A DNA stretch of 64,000 nucleotides from Thermoproteota archaeon. Lineage in GTDB: Archaea > Thermoproteota > Thermoprotei_A > EX4484-217-1. The stretch covers positions 201,797 through 265,796 of the forward strand of contig JAPDJU010000005.1 of assembly GCA_029258915.1 (NCBI GenBank), given 5' to 3'. Below the pieces are notes generated by a model. The model did not search any database, was not told the origin of the DNA, and worked only from the letters and a program-made list of their open reading frames with translations. The first letter of the stretch is position 1; each line of letters begins with the position of its first letter. Made by a program: the position numbers and the translations under genes. Below, piece after piece: positions 1 through 9,489 of the stretch.

Positions 1-1320
1 ATTTACCCATTCCTTTGGAGCATTTATTCTTTCAGCCCATTTATAAAGAAAAGCCTCCCAACGATTCCAAAGCTCGGGATGTGAGCTTTCTACTACTTCG
101 AATTCTGCTAATCTACCCGCTGGACACATAAAGCAACCTATTCTGTCAAAACCTATATAATATAAGGGATTTACTTTAAGTTTATACTTGTATATGTACA
201 ACCATATTGCAAGCTGGTTCCAATACTGAATAGGTGAAATACTTATTACTGTAGGTATCCACTTATTCCTCCATATTCTTGGACTTTTAGCCCTATTTAA
301 AGATTCATAAGCCCTTTGGCCTACAATATTAAGTATTCCACTGGGATACTTTTTTAGAATCTTTCTAGCCAATGGTACAAGTTTAGCTACTTTACAGCAC
401 CACCTATAATCTCTTGCCGGCGGTCCATAAAACTTAACAGATTTCCAAAAAGCATTTCCAGCGTTAGCTTCTTCAACATTTAAACAGTATTTGTCAGCAA
501 TTTCATAAACTGTTTTTATGGTTTCTGGAAGCTCTATTCCTGTGTTATTAAAAAGTAATGGACATTCTCCTAAGCTCCGTAATGTTAAGTGAAGAGAAAC
601 TAGGCTATCCTTGCCTCCGGAAAAGGAGACTACCGGTTTCTTAAAGATTTTAGTGTGCATTTTAAAAAGAAACTTCGTGGCTTCATTTTCCATGCGCCTT
701 AAGCGTTCTTCGTTACCCTTAACTACGTCTTGTATTGTAGCCGTATTTCTGCTAGTTTCGAAGTAGAATTTTTGCTTATACACTTTAATGACTCTTATTT
801 TCCCATTTGACACCGTCTTTCCTAGACCTTTAGGTTCTCCATTATTGTCTACTAATATAATGTATTTTCCTTTAACTAATCCCGCCTTTTTATATAATAA
901 TTGGTTCGTTTTTATCTTATCTTCAACGATACATGTTTCAATAGCATTTTTCTCAAGTAAATGTAAGGCTCCATAATATGATGGCCTGAATTCCCATTTT
1001 CTCTCAAAAGGATTGTATAGCATTATTCCAAAAATATTTCCATCGACTATAACTTCCTTAGCATCATCAATATGCGTTGTTTTATTTAGCAAAATAATTT
1101 TTCTACTTAGTTCATTAAGTAGAGATTGTTGTCTCTCTACATTTAGTGATTTTAAGATCTGGTTGAGATCGTGTCTAAATGCTGGCCTAACATCTCCTGG
1201 TTCTCTAAGCTTTAGTTCATAGCCTTCGCCGCCACATTTATGACAATAGCTACTTAAGAGAGGAATATTACATTCAGGGCACCAATATGTTTTCGAAGTT
1301 ACGGGCCAGCGTCTTTTCAT
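1..1320 (-). CDS. PAPS-reductase-like PP-loop protein with N-terminal zinc ribbon and PUA-like domain (partial; 3' end beyond window start)
   Basis: Minus-strand ORF with ATG at 1320, open to position 1. The track misses it because no stop lies in the window. N-terminal CxxC-x10-CxxC ribbon, PUA-like segment and SGGKDS PP-loop motif typical of the PAPS reductase/ATP-sulfurylase-like family. Confidence 0.7.
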   Translation of the reverse strand, partial: MKRRWPVTSKTYWCPECNIPLLSSYCHKCGGEGYELKLREPGDVRPAFRHDLNQILKSLNVERQQSLLNELSRKIILLNKTTHIDDAKEVIVDGNIFGIMLYNPFERKWEFRPSYYGALHLLEKNAIETCIVEDKIKTNQLLYKKAGLVKGKYIILVDNNGEPKGLGKTVSNGKIRVIKVYKQKFYFETSRNTATIQDVVKGNEERLRRMENEATKFLFKMHTKIFKKPVVSFSGGKDSLVSLHLTLRSLGECPLLFNNTGIELPETIKTVYEIADKYCLNVEEANAGNAFWKSVKFYGPPARDYRWCCKVAKLVPLARKILKKYPSGILNIVGQRAYESLNRAKSPRIWRNKWIPTVISISPIQYWNQLAIWLYIYKYKLKVNPLYYIGFDRIGCFMCPAGRLAEFEVVESSHPELWNRWEAFLYKWAERINAPKEWVN

Positions 1321-1326
1321 GACCAC

Positions 1327-2058
1327 TTACTCTTTCCTCTCATATTCTCTCTTTTTCCTCTCATAATTTTCTCTTTTATCTATTATTCTTGCTGGTACTC
1401 CTGCTACAACAGTGTTTTCGGGTACATCTTTTGCTACAACGGCTCCTGCAGCAACTACGGAGTTTTTACCTATTCTTATGCCAGCAATTAGTACAGCATT
1501 GGCACCTATGACGGCGTTATCCTCTATTTTCACTCCTAGAAGTCTTCTACTTGGAGGGTACTTGTCGTTGGTTATGATAACATTTGGACCTAAGAAAACA
1601 TTGTGACCTATTATGGTTAACGGTGGAATATATACGTTTGACTGTATACTGACATTATCACCTATTGTTACATGGCCATCCACTATGGTTAAAGTACCTA
1701 TTTTAGTGTTTTTCCCCACAGTTACATTTTCCCTTATAAGAACATTGTGGCCTGTTTCTACATTATCTCCGATGATGGTGTTTTCATAAATTATTGTGTT
1801 TGCTCTTATAATACACTTGCCCCCTATTCTTGCACCATCGCTTAATTTATCGTATACTTCAAAAAGTTTCCCAATCTTAGGTTTTTCAATAATGCTAATT
1901 ACTTTTTTTCTAATAGGATAACCTATTATGACATTATTTCCTATTATTGTATGGCTTCCGATATTTGTCTTACCTAAGATAATAGCATTACCCTCTAATA
2001 GTACACTATTTTCTAAAAAGGCCTTCTTTGAAACATAGAGCATTGCTTTTTGCCTCAT
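1327..2058 (-). CDS. hexapeptide-repeat (left-handed beta-helix) acyl/acetyltransferase
   Basis: 243 aa with many [LIV]-G-x-x-x-x hexapeptide repeats (IGNNVIIG, IGDNVETG, IGHNVFLG). The stop lies 9 bp before the start of the PAPS-reductase-like gene. Confidence 0.8.
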   Translation of the reverse strand: MRQKAMLYVSKKAFLENSVLLEGNAIILGKTNIGSHTIIGNNVIIGYPIRKKVISIIEKPKIGKLFEVYDKLSDGARIGGKCIIRANTIIYENTIIGDNVETGHNVLIRENVTVGKNTKIGTLTIVDGHVTIGDNVSIQSNVYIPPLTIIGHNVFLGPNVIITNDKYPPSRRLLGVKIEDNAVIGANAVLIAGIRIGKNSVVAAGAVVAKDVPENTVVAGVPARIIDKRENYERKKREYERKE

Positions 2059-2321
2059 ATAATTATAACATAGAAATAGTATGTTACAGTTTAGTTAAAT
2101 TGAGATACATATAAATAAGCCTAAACATTCTATCTTAATTATATATATGTTTAACCATAGGTATTACTGAAATATCTGATTAAAAAATAAAAAGCATATA
2201 CTCCTTCTATTTTTAATCAAGCAATATAATATTTTAAAGGGTATTACTTAGGGAGAGAAGGTATATATTTGAACTCCATAGAACCCAATTGTATAGCACT
2301 ACACTAGAGGTCTAAAATTCA

Positions 2322-2531
2322 ATGCCTGTTATATATTTATGCAGGAACTGTAGTTTTATCCTATACCGGTTTGAGAGAGTTGGTCAAGATTATTATGGAC
2401 TTCCTACGCCAAGTGAAATTATGAACTGGTATGGGGGTGTTTGCCCTAAGTGTAATTCACGGCTAAAGAAACCAACATTATCTAGTATAAAGGTAGACTA
2501 TAAGGGTAAAATAATTACCTTAAGGCAGTAA
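2322..2531 (+). CDS. small zinc-ribbon protein
   Basis: 69 aa with CRNC...CPKC (two CxxC pairs). Confidence 0.45.
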   Translation: MPVIYLCRNCSFILYRFERVGQDYYGLPTPSEIMNWYGGVCPKCNSRLKKPTLSSIKVDYKGKIITLRQ

Positions 2532-2727
2532 CTTCGAGTCTAACTCTCTTTATACTACTTTCTTTCTTCTCGCTATAATGATTTAATAATTCTACTATTG
2601 CTGCTCTAATTGCTTCACTTCTACTAGAAAAATAACCTTTCTTAACCAATTCATCTAATTCTTCAAGAATTTCTCTTCTCAATTTAAAAGTAACAACAAC
2701 AGTATCATCAAGCCATATAGTTGACAA
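2515..2727 (-). CDS. CopG/ribbon-helix-helix family DNA-binding protein
   Basis: 70 aa. The VTFKLRREILEELDELVKKGYFSSRSEAIRAAI segment is a typical RHH beta-strand plus helices. A paralog lies at 25867-26031. Confidence 0.6.
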   Translation of the reverse strand: MSTIWLDDTVVVTFKLRREILEELDELVKKGYFSSRSEAIRAAIVELLNHYSEKKESSIKRVRLEVTALR

Positions 2728-2813
2728 TTAAAATACCACCTAAAAGTAATACCGTAGTACATTATATAAAAGTATTTTCAGTATCATTCTTTTAGAGTAC
2801 TTTTTAAAGGTAA

Positions 2814-3095
2814 TTGATAGTTTCTTTTAAAACCCTTACTTTATTAGTATGGGTGAGACAGGTGGACGTAGATAGTTTGATTAGTGATTTAACTACAAGG
2901 ATTGTTATGGCAGCTTGGGCTCTCTTTATGCTCTCATGGGCTTTAGGATGGTTGTTGAAGGGGTCTCCTATACCTATTTATAGGGTTAAAAGATTTGGAC
3001 AGGATATGGTGGAAGATGCTATACTTGGAGCGTTTTGGCTAGCTGTTGGAACAAGTATATTTGCTTTAATTAAGTATTTAGCATCATCTGTTTAA
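2814..3095 (+). CDS. cedA1: small two-TM membrane protein, CedA1-like
   Basis: 93 aa with a TTG start and two hydrophobic helices. It is the first gene of the membrane/ATPase cluster. Confidence 0.5.
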   Translation: MIVSFKTLTLLVWVRQVDVDSLISDLTTRIVMAAWALFMLSWALGWLLKGSPIPIYRVKRFGQDMVEDAILGAFWLAVGTSIFALIKYLASSV

Positions 3096-3116
3096 AATAC
3101 GGAGAAGTGGAAAACT

Positions 3117-4568
3117 ATGGATCAATATCTTATTTTAGCTTACTCATTAGCTATACTCACCTATTACCTAGGTGTCCTCATATATGCTATACCTATACCA
3201 TGGTGGGGTATTAAAAAATGGGCTCCAACCTTAATATATGATGCCCTGGCAGCTTCTCTCTTAGTTCTTATGTTTTCAACAATAGTTGAACTAGTTAATT
3301 ATTTAGGTTCTTTATTAAATGTTGACTGGCAAGTATATTTTGAATGGCTTACCAGTAGAATAGCTATTATGGGCTCGTTTATCTCATTTCTTATAACGCT
3401 TTCCCTAATGTTATCGAGCGCTGGTGTAAAAGCTGTTTCAACGGCTGTTCTTGGACCTATAATAAGCTTAGCTACGTATACCTTAATAGTATTGGAAATA
3501 TTTTTCATATTGGGTCTTGTTTTTAATCAGTTCTTTGCCAAGATAATGATAATAGGTATTCTACTTTACTCAATACCCTTCAGAATAGCTAGAGGAGCTG
3601 GGGCAGCTCTTGTAGCTATGTCCATAGTTTTTACACTAGCTTTACCTCTACTACCAGTTTTTACACATGCTTTTACCGTTCAAGGAGCTGAAGAAAGAAT
3701 ACTTGAAATAACGGAGAAAATGGATAAGGTAAATGTTGAAGAATGGGGAATAGTGTTTGTTAAAGGACATGTAACAGATAGGAAGGGTAAGCCTGTAAAC
3801 AACATATTAACAAAATGGTTTGCATTGCTTAAACAAAGCGAAGTATATGTAGCATCATATATGACGTTAGAAGATGGATGGTTTGATGCTGGAAGACCTT
3901 ACGGAGGGTTACCATATAATGTTATGTTAAAGTTGAAAGCAGAGTATTGTGGTGTAGAATTAACCCCAGAACCTAGAATAATAGACCCACATGCAGATTT
4001 TACCTATAATCCTCTTAAAGATCCCAATGCAGACTACTTTGTCGAAATAAAAATAAAGGACATGATAATTATCAGTAAATACTTTTTCGTAAAGTCAAAT
4101 AGCAACGAAGTACTTGACGCATTGAAAATTATTAAAGGAGACGATTTAGCAAACTTAAAATTTACAATAAGTAAACCTGCAACGGTAACATTGGTTATTC
4201 ACGAAGATTATAATGTTGATAAAGTCATAGTTAACAGTACTAAAGCTATAAGATACAGCAAAGTAAAAAACTGGGGAGGCGTTAGCTTCCAAATATACGA
4301 AGTATCCTTAAATGAAGGTACATGGGTGTTAAGCGTAAGAGTTAACTTTCAACGTGACGTTAAGGACCCTGAGATCACTGGTAAGGGCTATCTTGAAACT
4401 ATATCTAAAAATATAGGTGATTTCGAAGAGCTTGGCAAGGTCATTGCTAACGCTGTATTTGAATGGATAGTATTGCCTGGAACATATTTGTCAATACTTA
4501 TTATGTCTACGTATTCTCTAGCATATGTCATAGGCGGTAGGAAAATAAGGTTACCTATAAAAACGTGA
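3117..4568 (+). CDS. cedA: polytopic membrane protein with large extracytoplasmic domain, CedA-like (VirB6-like role)
   Basis: 483 aa with about 6 N-terminal TM helices, a soluble domain of roughly 250 aa and a C-terminal TM helix. It sits between two small 2-TM genes and upstream of a VirB4-like ATPase. Confidence 0.55.
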   Translation: MDQYLILAYSLAILTYYLGVLIYAIPIPWWGIKKWAPTLIYDALAASLLVLMFSTIVELVNYLGSLLNVDWQVYFEWLTSRIAIMGSFISFLITLSLMLSSAGVKAVSTAVLGPIISLATYTLIVLEIFFILGLVFNQFFAKIMIIGILLYSIPFRIARGAGAALVAMSIVFTLALPLLPVFTHAFTVQGAEERILEITEKMDKVNVEEWGIVFVKGHVTDRKGKPVNNILTKWFALLKQSEVYVASYMTLEDGWFDAGRPYGGLPYNVMLKLKAEYCGVELTPEPRIIDPHADFTYNPLKDPNADYFVEIKIKDMIIISKYFFVKSNSNEVLDALKIIKGDDLANLKFTISKPATVTLVIHEDYNVDKVIVNSTKAIRYSKVKNWGGVSFQIYEVSLNEGTWVLSVRVNFQRDVKDPEITGKGYLETISKNIGDFEELGKVIANAVFEWIVLPGTYLSILIMSTYSLAYVIGGRKIRLPIKT

Positions 4569-4577
4569 GGTGGGTTT

Positions 4578-4772
4578 ATGGATCCCTTTAAAACCATGAT
4601 AATAATGTATGTTTTCACAGTAGTTTTCGTTTTTTACAATGTGTTTAGATACCTAGATAAGATAACCGTTTTGAACATAGCATTATTTGTAGTTTTGATA
4701 GTGTTTCCGTTTCTAGCTATCTTAACTTATTATAGGAATATTGTAAAAGGTGGTGATATACGTGGAAGGTAA
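4578..4772 (+). CDS. cedA2: small two-TM membrane protein, CedA2-like
   Basis: 64 aa with two hydrophobic helices. It overlaps the ATPase gene start by 23 nt. Confidence 0.5.
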   Translation: MDPFKTMIIMYVFTVVFVFYNVFRYLDKITVLNIALFVVLIVFPFLAILTYYRNIVKGGDIRGR

Positions 4773-6636
4773 TAAAGTAATACCTTATATCCTTATAGTT
4801 TCTGGATTCATGATTTTCATTTTTACTATGAATTCTGCAGCTTTAATGAATAATTTATACATGGTACCAGTATTAATATTAGCTCTAGTGTGTTTGGTTA
4901 TTATAATGTCTAATAAGGATGCTTTAAAGAAGTTTATTAGAAGATCCAAGGAATATTATTTAAAAAACATAGGAGAATTCCATGTTGAAGACAATTTTGT
5001 GGTTGTTGCAGGTAAAAATATGTATAAAGGTGCTATCGTATATGTCGTTGATGAAATACCGTATACTTTCGCTGATGTCTCACATAGCTTCCTATTACAA
5101 CAGTTAAGGGCATTCACCAATTTCATAGTAGCATCAGAAGATAATATCTCAGTACTTCTTATAAAGAAGAGCAGTGATGCAAGGAAATATATTAAAAACC
5201 TAGAACGCACTATAACAAACTATAGAGTATTACTTTCAGCAGATCCAGCTAATCCATATGTTCAGAGAAAACTACAGAAACTTGAAGCAATATTTAACAG
5301 AGTAAGCAAAGGAGAAACACCTATTAACGTAAAGATATACTTAATAGCCTTTGCTTACGAAGCCAATATGAGAAAACTTTATGAAAAATTAAAGAGAAAA
5401 GGCGAAGCACTAGTATCATCTTTCAAAGCAAGCATGGGGTTAGAGATTAAAAAAGCAACAGAGGATGAAGTGTTAGAGGCCATAACCCATGGGCTATTAG
5501 GTAAAAGCAAGCCTTTAACAGTCCTAGAGTCCGATATAAGCTTCTTAACACCTATAGGTTACGTTAAAAGACCTAAAGTTTCTGGCGAAGGTATATTCTT
5601 AGGTGAAGACATAGACTATGGGACGCTAGTCTTCTATGACTTTGAAAAATATTTAACTAGGCACATGGTTATAGTAGGTCCCACAGGAAGAGGTAAAACA
5701 ACACTCCTTTACACTATTGCAAAAAGAGTTATGGAACAATATGATATACCGATATGGATTTTGGATTTAAGAGGAGAGTTTGAAGTATTAAATAAAGCCA
5801 TGGGAATAACCATAGTTGACCCTGAAAAATCACCTGTCAATCTATTGTTACCATGGTTTACCAGCCCTAAACTACGTGCTAAGCAGGTAGTAGATTTAAT
5901 TAAAGCATTAGCGGAACTAGAGCCCACTGAAGAATATATTCTTTTCATGGCAATTTTAAAGTCTTATGAACGAGCTCAACATCCTGATTTAGAAACTTTG
6001 ATAAATGTAATTAAGGAGGAATATTTAAACAGAGAATTGCAGCTGAAGTCATATACCTTGCTTACTAAGATCGAACAGTTAAACAGTAAGGTTTTCCTGC
6101 AAAGTAACTTTAATGATATGATGATTATAGTGAAGAAACCAATAATATTTGCTCTTTATAAATTACCTGAAGAATATAGAAAGATATATGCATTAGCCAT
6201 TTTACAAATATTAACGAATTATATGCTTACTCTAACGCCGACAAATAAGTTAAGGCATTTAGTAATAATAGATGAAGCATGGAGGCTAACAGATACTAAA
6301 GCTGGATCCAGGATCATTAGAAGCTTGGTTAAAGAAGGAAGAGGATATGGTTTAGCTGTTGCTTTAGCTTCTCAGGACATATCGGATTTCCCAAAAGACA
6401 TACTTGACAATGCCGGGACAGTAATAGTTTTCGGCTCTAATAGCAAAGACTATGTAGAAACAGTAGCTAAATACATGAAGCTTAATGATGATGAAAAAGA
6501 GAGAATGACATGGCTAAAAATAGGTGAAGCTTTAATAAGGATAACTGGTGATCCGAGACCTGTTTGGGTTAAGATAGTTCCAGAAAACATGGAGTACCAA
6601 GAAAAACCTCATGTAAGCAAAATCAGTAAAACATAA
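4750..6636 (+). CDS. cedB: membrane-anchored VirB4/HerA-FtsK superfamily ATPase, CedB-like
   Basis: 628 aa with N-terminal TM helices. Walker A is VGPTGRGKTT and Walker B is VIIDEAWRL. DEAW is the VirB4/TrbE-type signature. GTG start overlapping the upstream gene. Confidence 0.65.
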   Translation: MVIYVEGNKVIPYILIVSGFMIFIFTMNSAALMNNLYMVPVLILALVCLVIIMSNKDALKKFIRRSKEYYLKNIGEFHVEDNFVVVAGKNMYKGAIVYVVDEIPYTFADVSHSFLLQQLRAFTNFIVASEDNISVLLIKKSSDARKYIKNLERTITNYRVLLSADPANPYVQRKLQKLEAIFNRVSKGETPINVKIYLIAFAYEANMRKLYEKLKRKGEALVSSFKASMGLEIKKATEDEVLEAITHGLLGKSKPLTVLESDISFLTPIGYVKRPKVSGEGIFLGEDIDYGTLVFYDFEKYLTRHMVIVGPTGRGKTTLLYTIAKRVMEQYDIPIWILDLRGEFEVLNKAMGITIVDPEKSPVNLLLPWFTSPKLRAKQVVDLIKALAELEPTEEYILFMAILKSYERAQHPDLETLINVIKEEYLNRELQLKSYTLLTKIEQLNSKVFLQSNFNDMMIIVKKPIIFALYKLPEEYRKIYALAILQILTNYMLTLTPTNKLRHLVIIDEAWRLTDTKAGSRIIRSLVKEGRGYGLAVALASQDISDFPKDILDNAGTVIVFGSNSKDYVETVAKYMKLNDDEKERMTWLKIGEALIRITGDPRPVWVKIVPENMEYQEKPHVSKISKT

Positions 6637-6654
6637 TAAAAACACAGTATTATT

Positions 6655-6735
6655 TTAAGAAATGATCCGTGCAATCTAACCCCGCAAGGGTAGAGATGAG
6701 CACGGAGGTTGCCCCTAGGCAACACCCATTACCTT
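6655..6735 (+). ncRNA. GC-rich structured element immediately 3' of cedB (candidate small RNA or terminator structure)
   Basis: GC-rich island in an AT-rich background. It contains nested hairpins (CCGUGC...GCACGG enclosing CCC-GCAA-GGG, and GUUGCC-CCUA-GGCAAC). It shares the ordered motifs AAUGAUCC, AGAUGAG and GUUGCCC with 26684-26740. Confidence 0.3.
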
Positions 6736-6761
6736 CTAATTTCTCTCTACCAAAAATCTAA

Positions 6762-7304
6762 GTGGTGATCTTTTTGCATGAAAGAAGCAATATTATCCCT
6801 GTTCATGCAGAATCTTACTTCATAGTAGAGCGTAATGGTAAATTCAACCAAATACTAAAATATCAATACTACGACCCTGAAGAGTACTATTACACGCTCA
6901 TTCATAGACCTAGAGAATATTATAAAGAAATAAAGAGATTATACTCTGTTATGAATGAAGTGCTTAAGGAAGAAAGAGTATTAATCAATGAAAAACAAGT
7001 AAAGCTAAACGTAAAACTAGTAAACATAGACTTTGCTGGATACGTAGATCAGCCTTACATCCTATATTATATAAAGTTTAAAGGGCCTTTAAGAAAAGGT
7101 GTTAATATATTTGAAGACTTCTATGAGGAAACAGTAGCGGAGTACGATTATGAAGTATATTGGTTCTTTCCCGAACGTACAAAAATATTAGAAGTATATG
7201 TTGACGGCGATTTTGACTTAGTAAATAGTAATAAGTTGTTTATTTGGGCTCGAAAAGGCGATAAAATATCGGGATATGAGAAAATAATCTTTATGCTTTC
7301 TTAA
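6762..7304 (+). CDS. hypothetical protein (Tyr/Glu-rich)
   Basis: 180-aa ORF with no recognisable motif. Confidence 0.4.
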   Translation: MVIFLHERSNIIPVHAESYFIVERNGKFNQILKYQYYDPEEYYYTLIHRPREYYKEIKRLYSVMNEVLKEERVLINEKQVKLNVKLVNIDFAGYVDQPYILYYIKFKGPLRKGVNIFEDFYEETVAEYDYEVYWFFPERTKILEVYVDGDFDLVNSNKLFIWARKGDKISGYEKIIFMLS

Positions 7305-8427
7305 GCCTTAAAACCTCCTTATAATACTTAACTAATGGGTTTTTAACATTACATTCTTCAACACATAAGCCTAGAGTTTTCATAGTGTTACAGTTGTATG
7401 GTTTGTATTTTTTTCTAGAACCTCTTAAGCCTGCAAGGTGTTCAACCTGGTATCGAGCTATGGTTTCGTTAAAATCAGGTGTTTTCCTGAAAATATTAAC
7501 AACAGCATTTACATCTAAACCTATATTAAGAAGGAACGTAGCTAAAGCAAATCTAGCATGATGCGAAATGTGTTTTCCTTCTACAACATCCTGGTAAAGC
7601 AGTTTTATGCATGGAGGAAAAGCTTCAGAAACCACTATACCTAAGCTTCTAAGTTCTTCAAAACGTTCTTTCATGCTTGCATAAAGCGCATAATGTACAT
7701 GCTTTTTCCTTATCTCATTTATTTCTGCTTCTAAACTATCTAATAGACTTCTTATTACATTAGGTACTTCATCTTTACCTAGAGGCTTAACTTGTTTTTC
7801 AATAGTATCTGCTATTATTTCAACAAGATATCTAACTGCCTTTTCCTTAGTTAAGTAGACATAGCCGTCAGAAACTAGTTGATTTACAAGCTTCCATGAA
7901 GGATCACTATGTAACCTTAACGATTTAAGATAGTCCTTAACATGAACCTTAAAAGAAAACTCTACAGTGAAAACCTTATCCTTACCGATAAAATAAGGTA
8001 CTTTCAGAGGTTTAGATTCTATATTGTCTAAGAATACGCCTAGTCTATTAGCTATCATAGATAATGTAGCGTTATCTTCATTGGCTAAATGTTTTCTTAT
8101 TCTTTCAGCTTCAAAGATAGCGTATCTTCGAGTAAGCCATTTATCACTAACAACAGATAAAACTACTATGCTTATATAATATGATATGATTTCCTCATCG
8201 TCAGAAATTCTTAATGCATCAGGTATTTTCCCTTTTATAGCGCCTAAAACTCTCTCTCTAACTCTGGTTCTAACATTACTTATATTCATGTTTTTTAAAA
8301 TGTCCATGAAGCTTAATTTTACACCGTACTTTAATTTAAAGTACTGCACAGGGTTAATTAAAAAAGGGTATTTTGCGTAGTCTAAATATATTTTAAACTT
8401 CATTATATTGGCATTTAGCTTTTTCAT
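7291..8427 (-). CDS. priL: DNA primase large subunit PriL
   Basis: 378 aa. The C-terminal region HISHHARFALATFLLNIGL...KYKPYNCNTMKTLGLC matches the PriL Fe-S cluster domain. Confidence 0.8.
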   Translation of the reverse strand: MKKLNANIMKFKIYLDYAKYPFLINPVQYFKLKYGVKLSFMDILKNMNISNVRTRVRERVLGAIKGKIPDALRISDDEEIISYYISIVVLSVVSDKWLTRRYAIFEAERIRKHLANEDNATLSMIANRLGVFLDNIESKPLKVPYFIGKDKVFTVEFSFKVHVKDYLKSLRLHSDPSWKLVNQLVSDGYVYLTKEKAVRYLVEIIADTIEKQVKPLGKDEVPNVIRSLLDSLEAEINEIRKKHVHYALYASMKERFEELRSLGIVVSEAFPPCIKLLYQDVVEGKHISHHARFALATFLLNIGLDVNAVVNIFRKTPDFNETIARYQVEHLAGLRGSRKKYKPYNCNTMKTLGLCVEECNVKNPLVKYYKEVLRLKKA

Positions 8428-8464
8428 GGTAAACAGCTTGTAACGGTAATATTGTAACGTATGT

Positions 8465-9007
8465 TTACTCTATTTTTATCTTAAATCCTTCCTCTGTTTC
8501 TTTTTCAGCTTTTTCCACCTTTACTTCTAAAACACCGTTTCTATAGCTTGCTTTTGCTGTTTCAGGTTTTACATCTGTTGGAAGTTCTACTTCCTTGTAG
8601 TATTTCCTATCACCGCTGGCAGCCGATATAATCAATGTTCTTCCTTTGATTTTTACATCGATATCTTCTTTACTTACTCCAGGTACTTCAGCAACTATGG
8701 TTATTGTATCTTTATCTTCTATGATGTCTACTAAAGGTTCTCTTTCTTCAGAAATCTTGGGCCTACCAGCAATACGTCTAACATTACCAAATTCCTTAAT
8801 TATAGGTTTACCATCAGGTCCTATGGTTATGCTAAAACCATAAACATATGGGCCGAAAACTCTTCTTTCGCCAAACTCTTCAGCTAGCTCTTCAAATCTT
8901 TCCATTCTCTTCATCCAGTCTCTAAATTCTCTATCGATGTCTTCAAATATGTCTTCAAAAAACTCGTCAAATACATCCCAGAAGCTTTTCCTTCTTCTCC
9001 TAGGCAT
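8465..9007 (-). CDS. small heat shock protein (Hsp20/alpha-crystallin family)
   Basis: 180 aa. The alpha-crystallin core is DIIEDKDTITIVAEVPGVSKEDIDVKI...LPTDVKPETAKASYRNGVLEV. Confidence 0.8.
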   Translation of the reverse strand: MPRRRRKSFWDVFDEFFEDIFEDIDREFRDWMKRMERFEELAEEFGERRVFGPYVYGFSITIGPDGKPIIKEFGNVRRIAGRPKISEEREPLVDIIEDKDTITIVAEVPGVSKEDIDVKIKGRTLIISAASGDRKYYKEVELPTDVKPETAKASYRNGVLEVKVEKAEKETEEGFKIKIE

Positions 9008-9090
9008 TTATATGCACCCTTCTCTCAAACCTTGTTACCAAGTATTTTTAAAATGATGCTAGGTATAAAAGCTTTCAATGCGCTTTAATG

Positions 9091-9489
9091 CTATTCTATC
9101 TTTACTTTTAGTCCATGAAATAAATGCTTAAACTTCATGTATGTATTCATGTCTATGATAACATCATTACCATCTTTTAGGTAAGCCAATCCCTCTAAAG
9201 GATATGGTGGCGGTTTAGGTATGTTTTTTGGTATTGATTTACCAAGGTATTTCCATTTTATTTTTCTCTTTTCTTTACCGCGCTCTAGCCTCCACCAATA
9301 TCGGCTATGGTAAACATATTTCTTACCCTTAACTACAACTATGTGTGAAGGTTTCAAGTATAAACCTAAGTTTTTAATGAGAACATTGTATTCTTTAAAC
9401 TCGCTTTTAAACTCTTTCCGTATATCTAAGATTCTCTTATATCCATCGATTACTCTAACCCTAACCACGATTAGAACACCAAGTAACAT
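9091..9489 (-). CDS. hypothetical basic protein
   Basis: 132-aa ORF. Its start codon overlaps a C/D-box-like element. Confidence 0.35.
   Translation of the reverse strand: MLLGVLIVVRVRVIDGYKRILDIRKEFKSEFKEYNVLIKNLGLYLKPSHIVVVKGKKYVYHSRYWWRLERGKEKRKIKWKYLGKSIPKNIPKPPPYPLEGLAYLKDGNDVIIDMNTYMKFKHLFHGLKVKIE

Noticed and set aside
2814-6636. Interpretation of the membrane/VirB4-like ATPase cluster as part of an integrated conjugative plasmid (pNOB8/pING-type)
   Set aside because: No integrase, TraG/coupling protein, plasmid replication genes or flanking direct repeats occur in the window. The neighbours are housekeeping genes (PriL, Hsp20). A chromosomal Ced-type system fits better.
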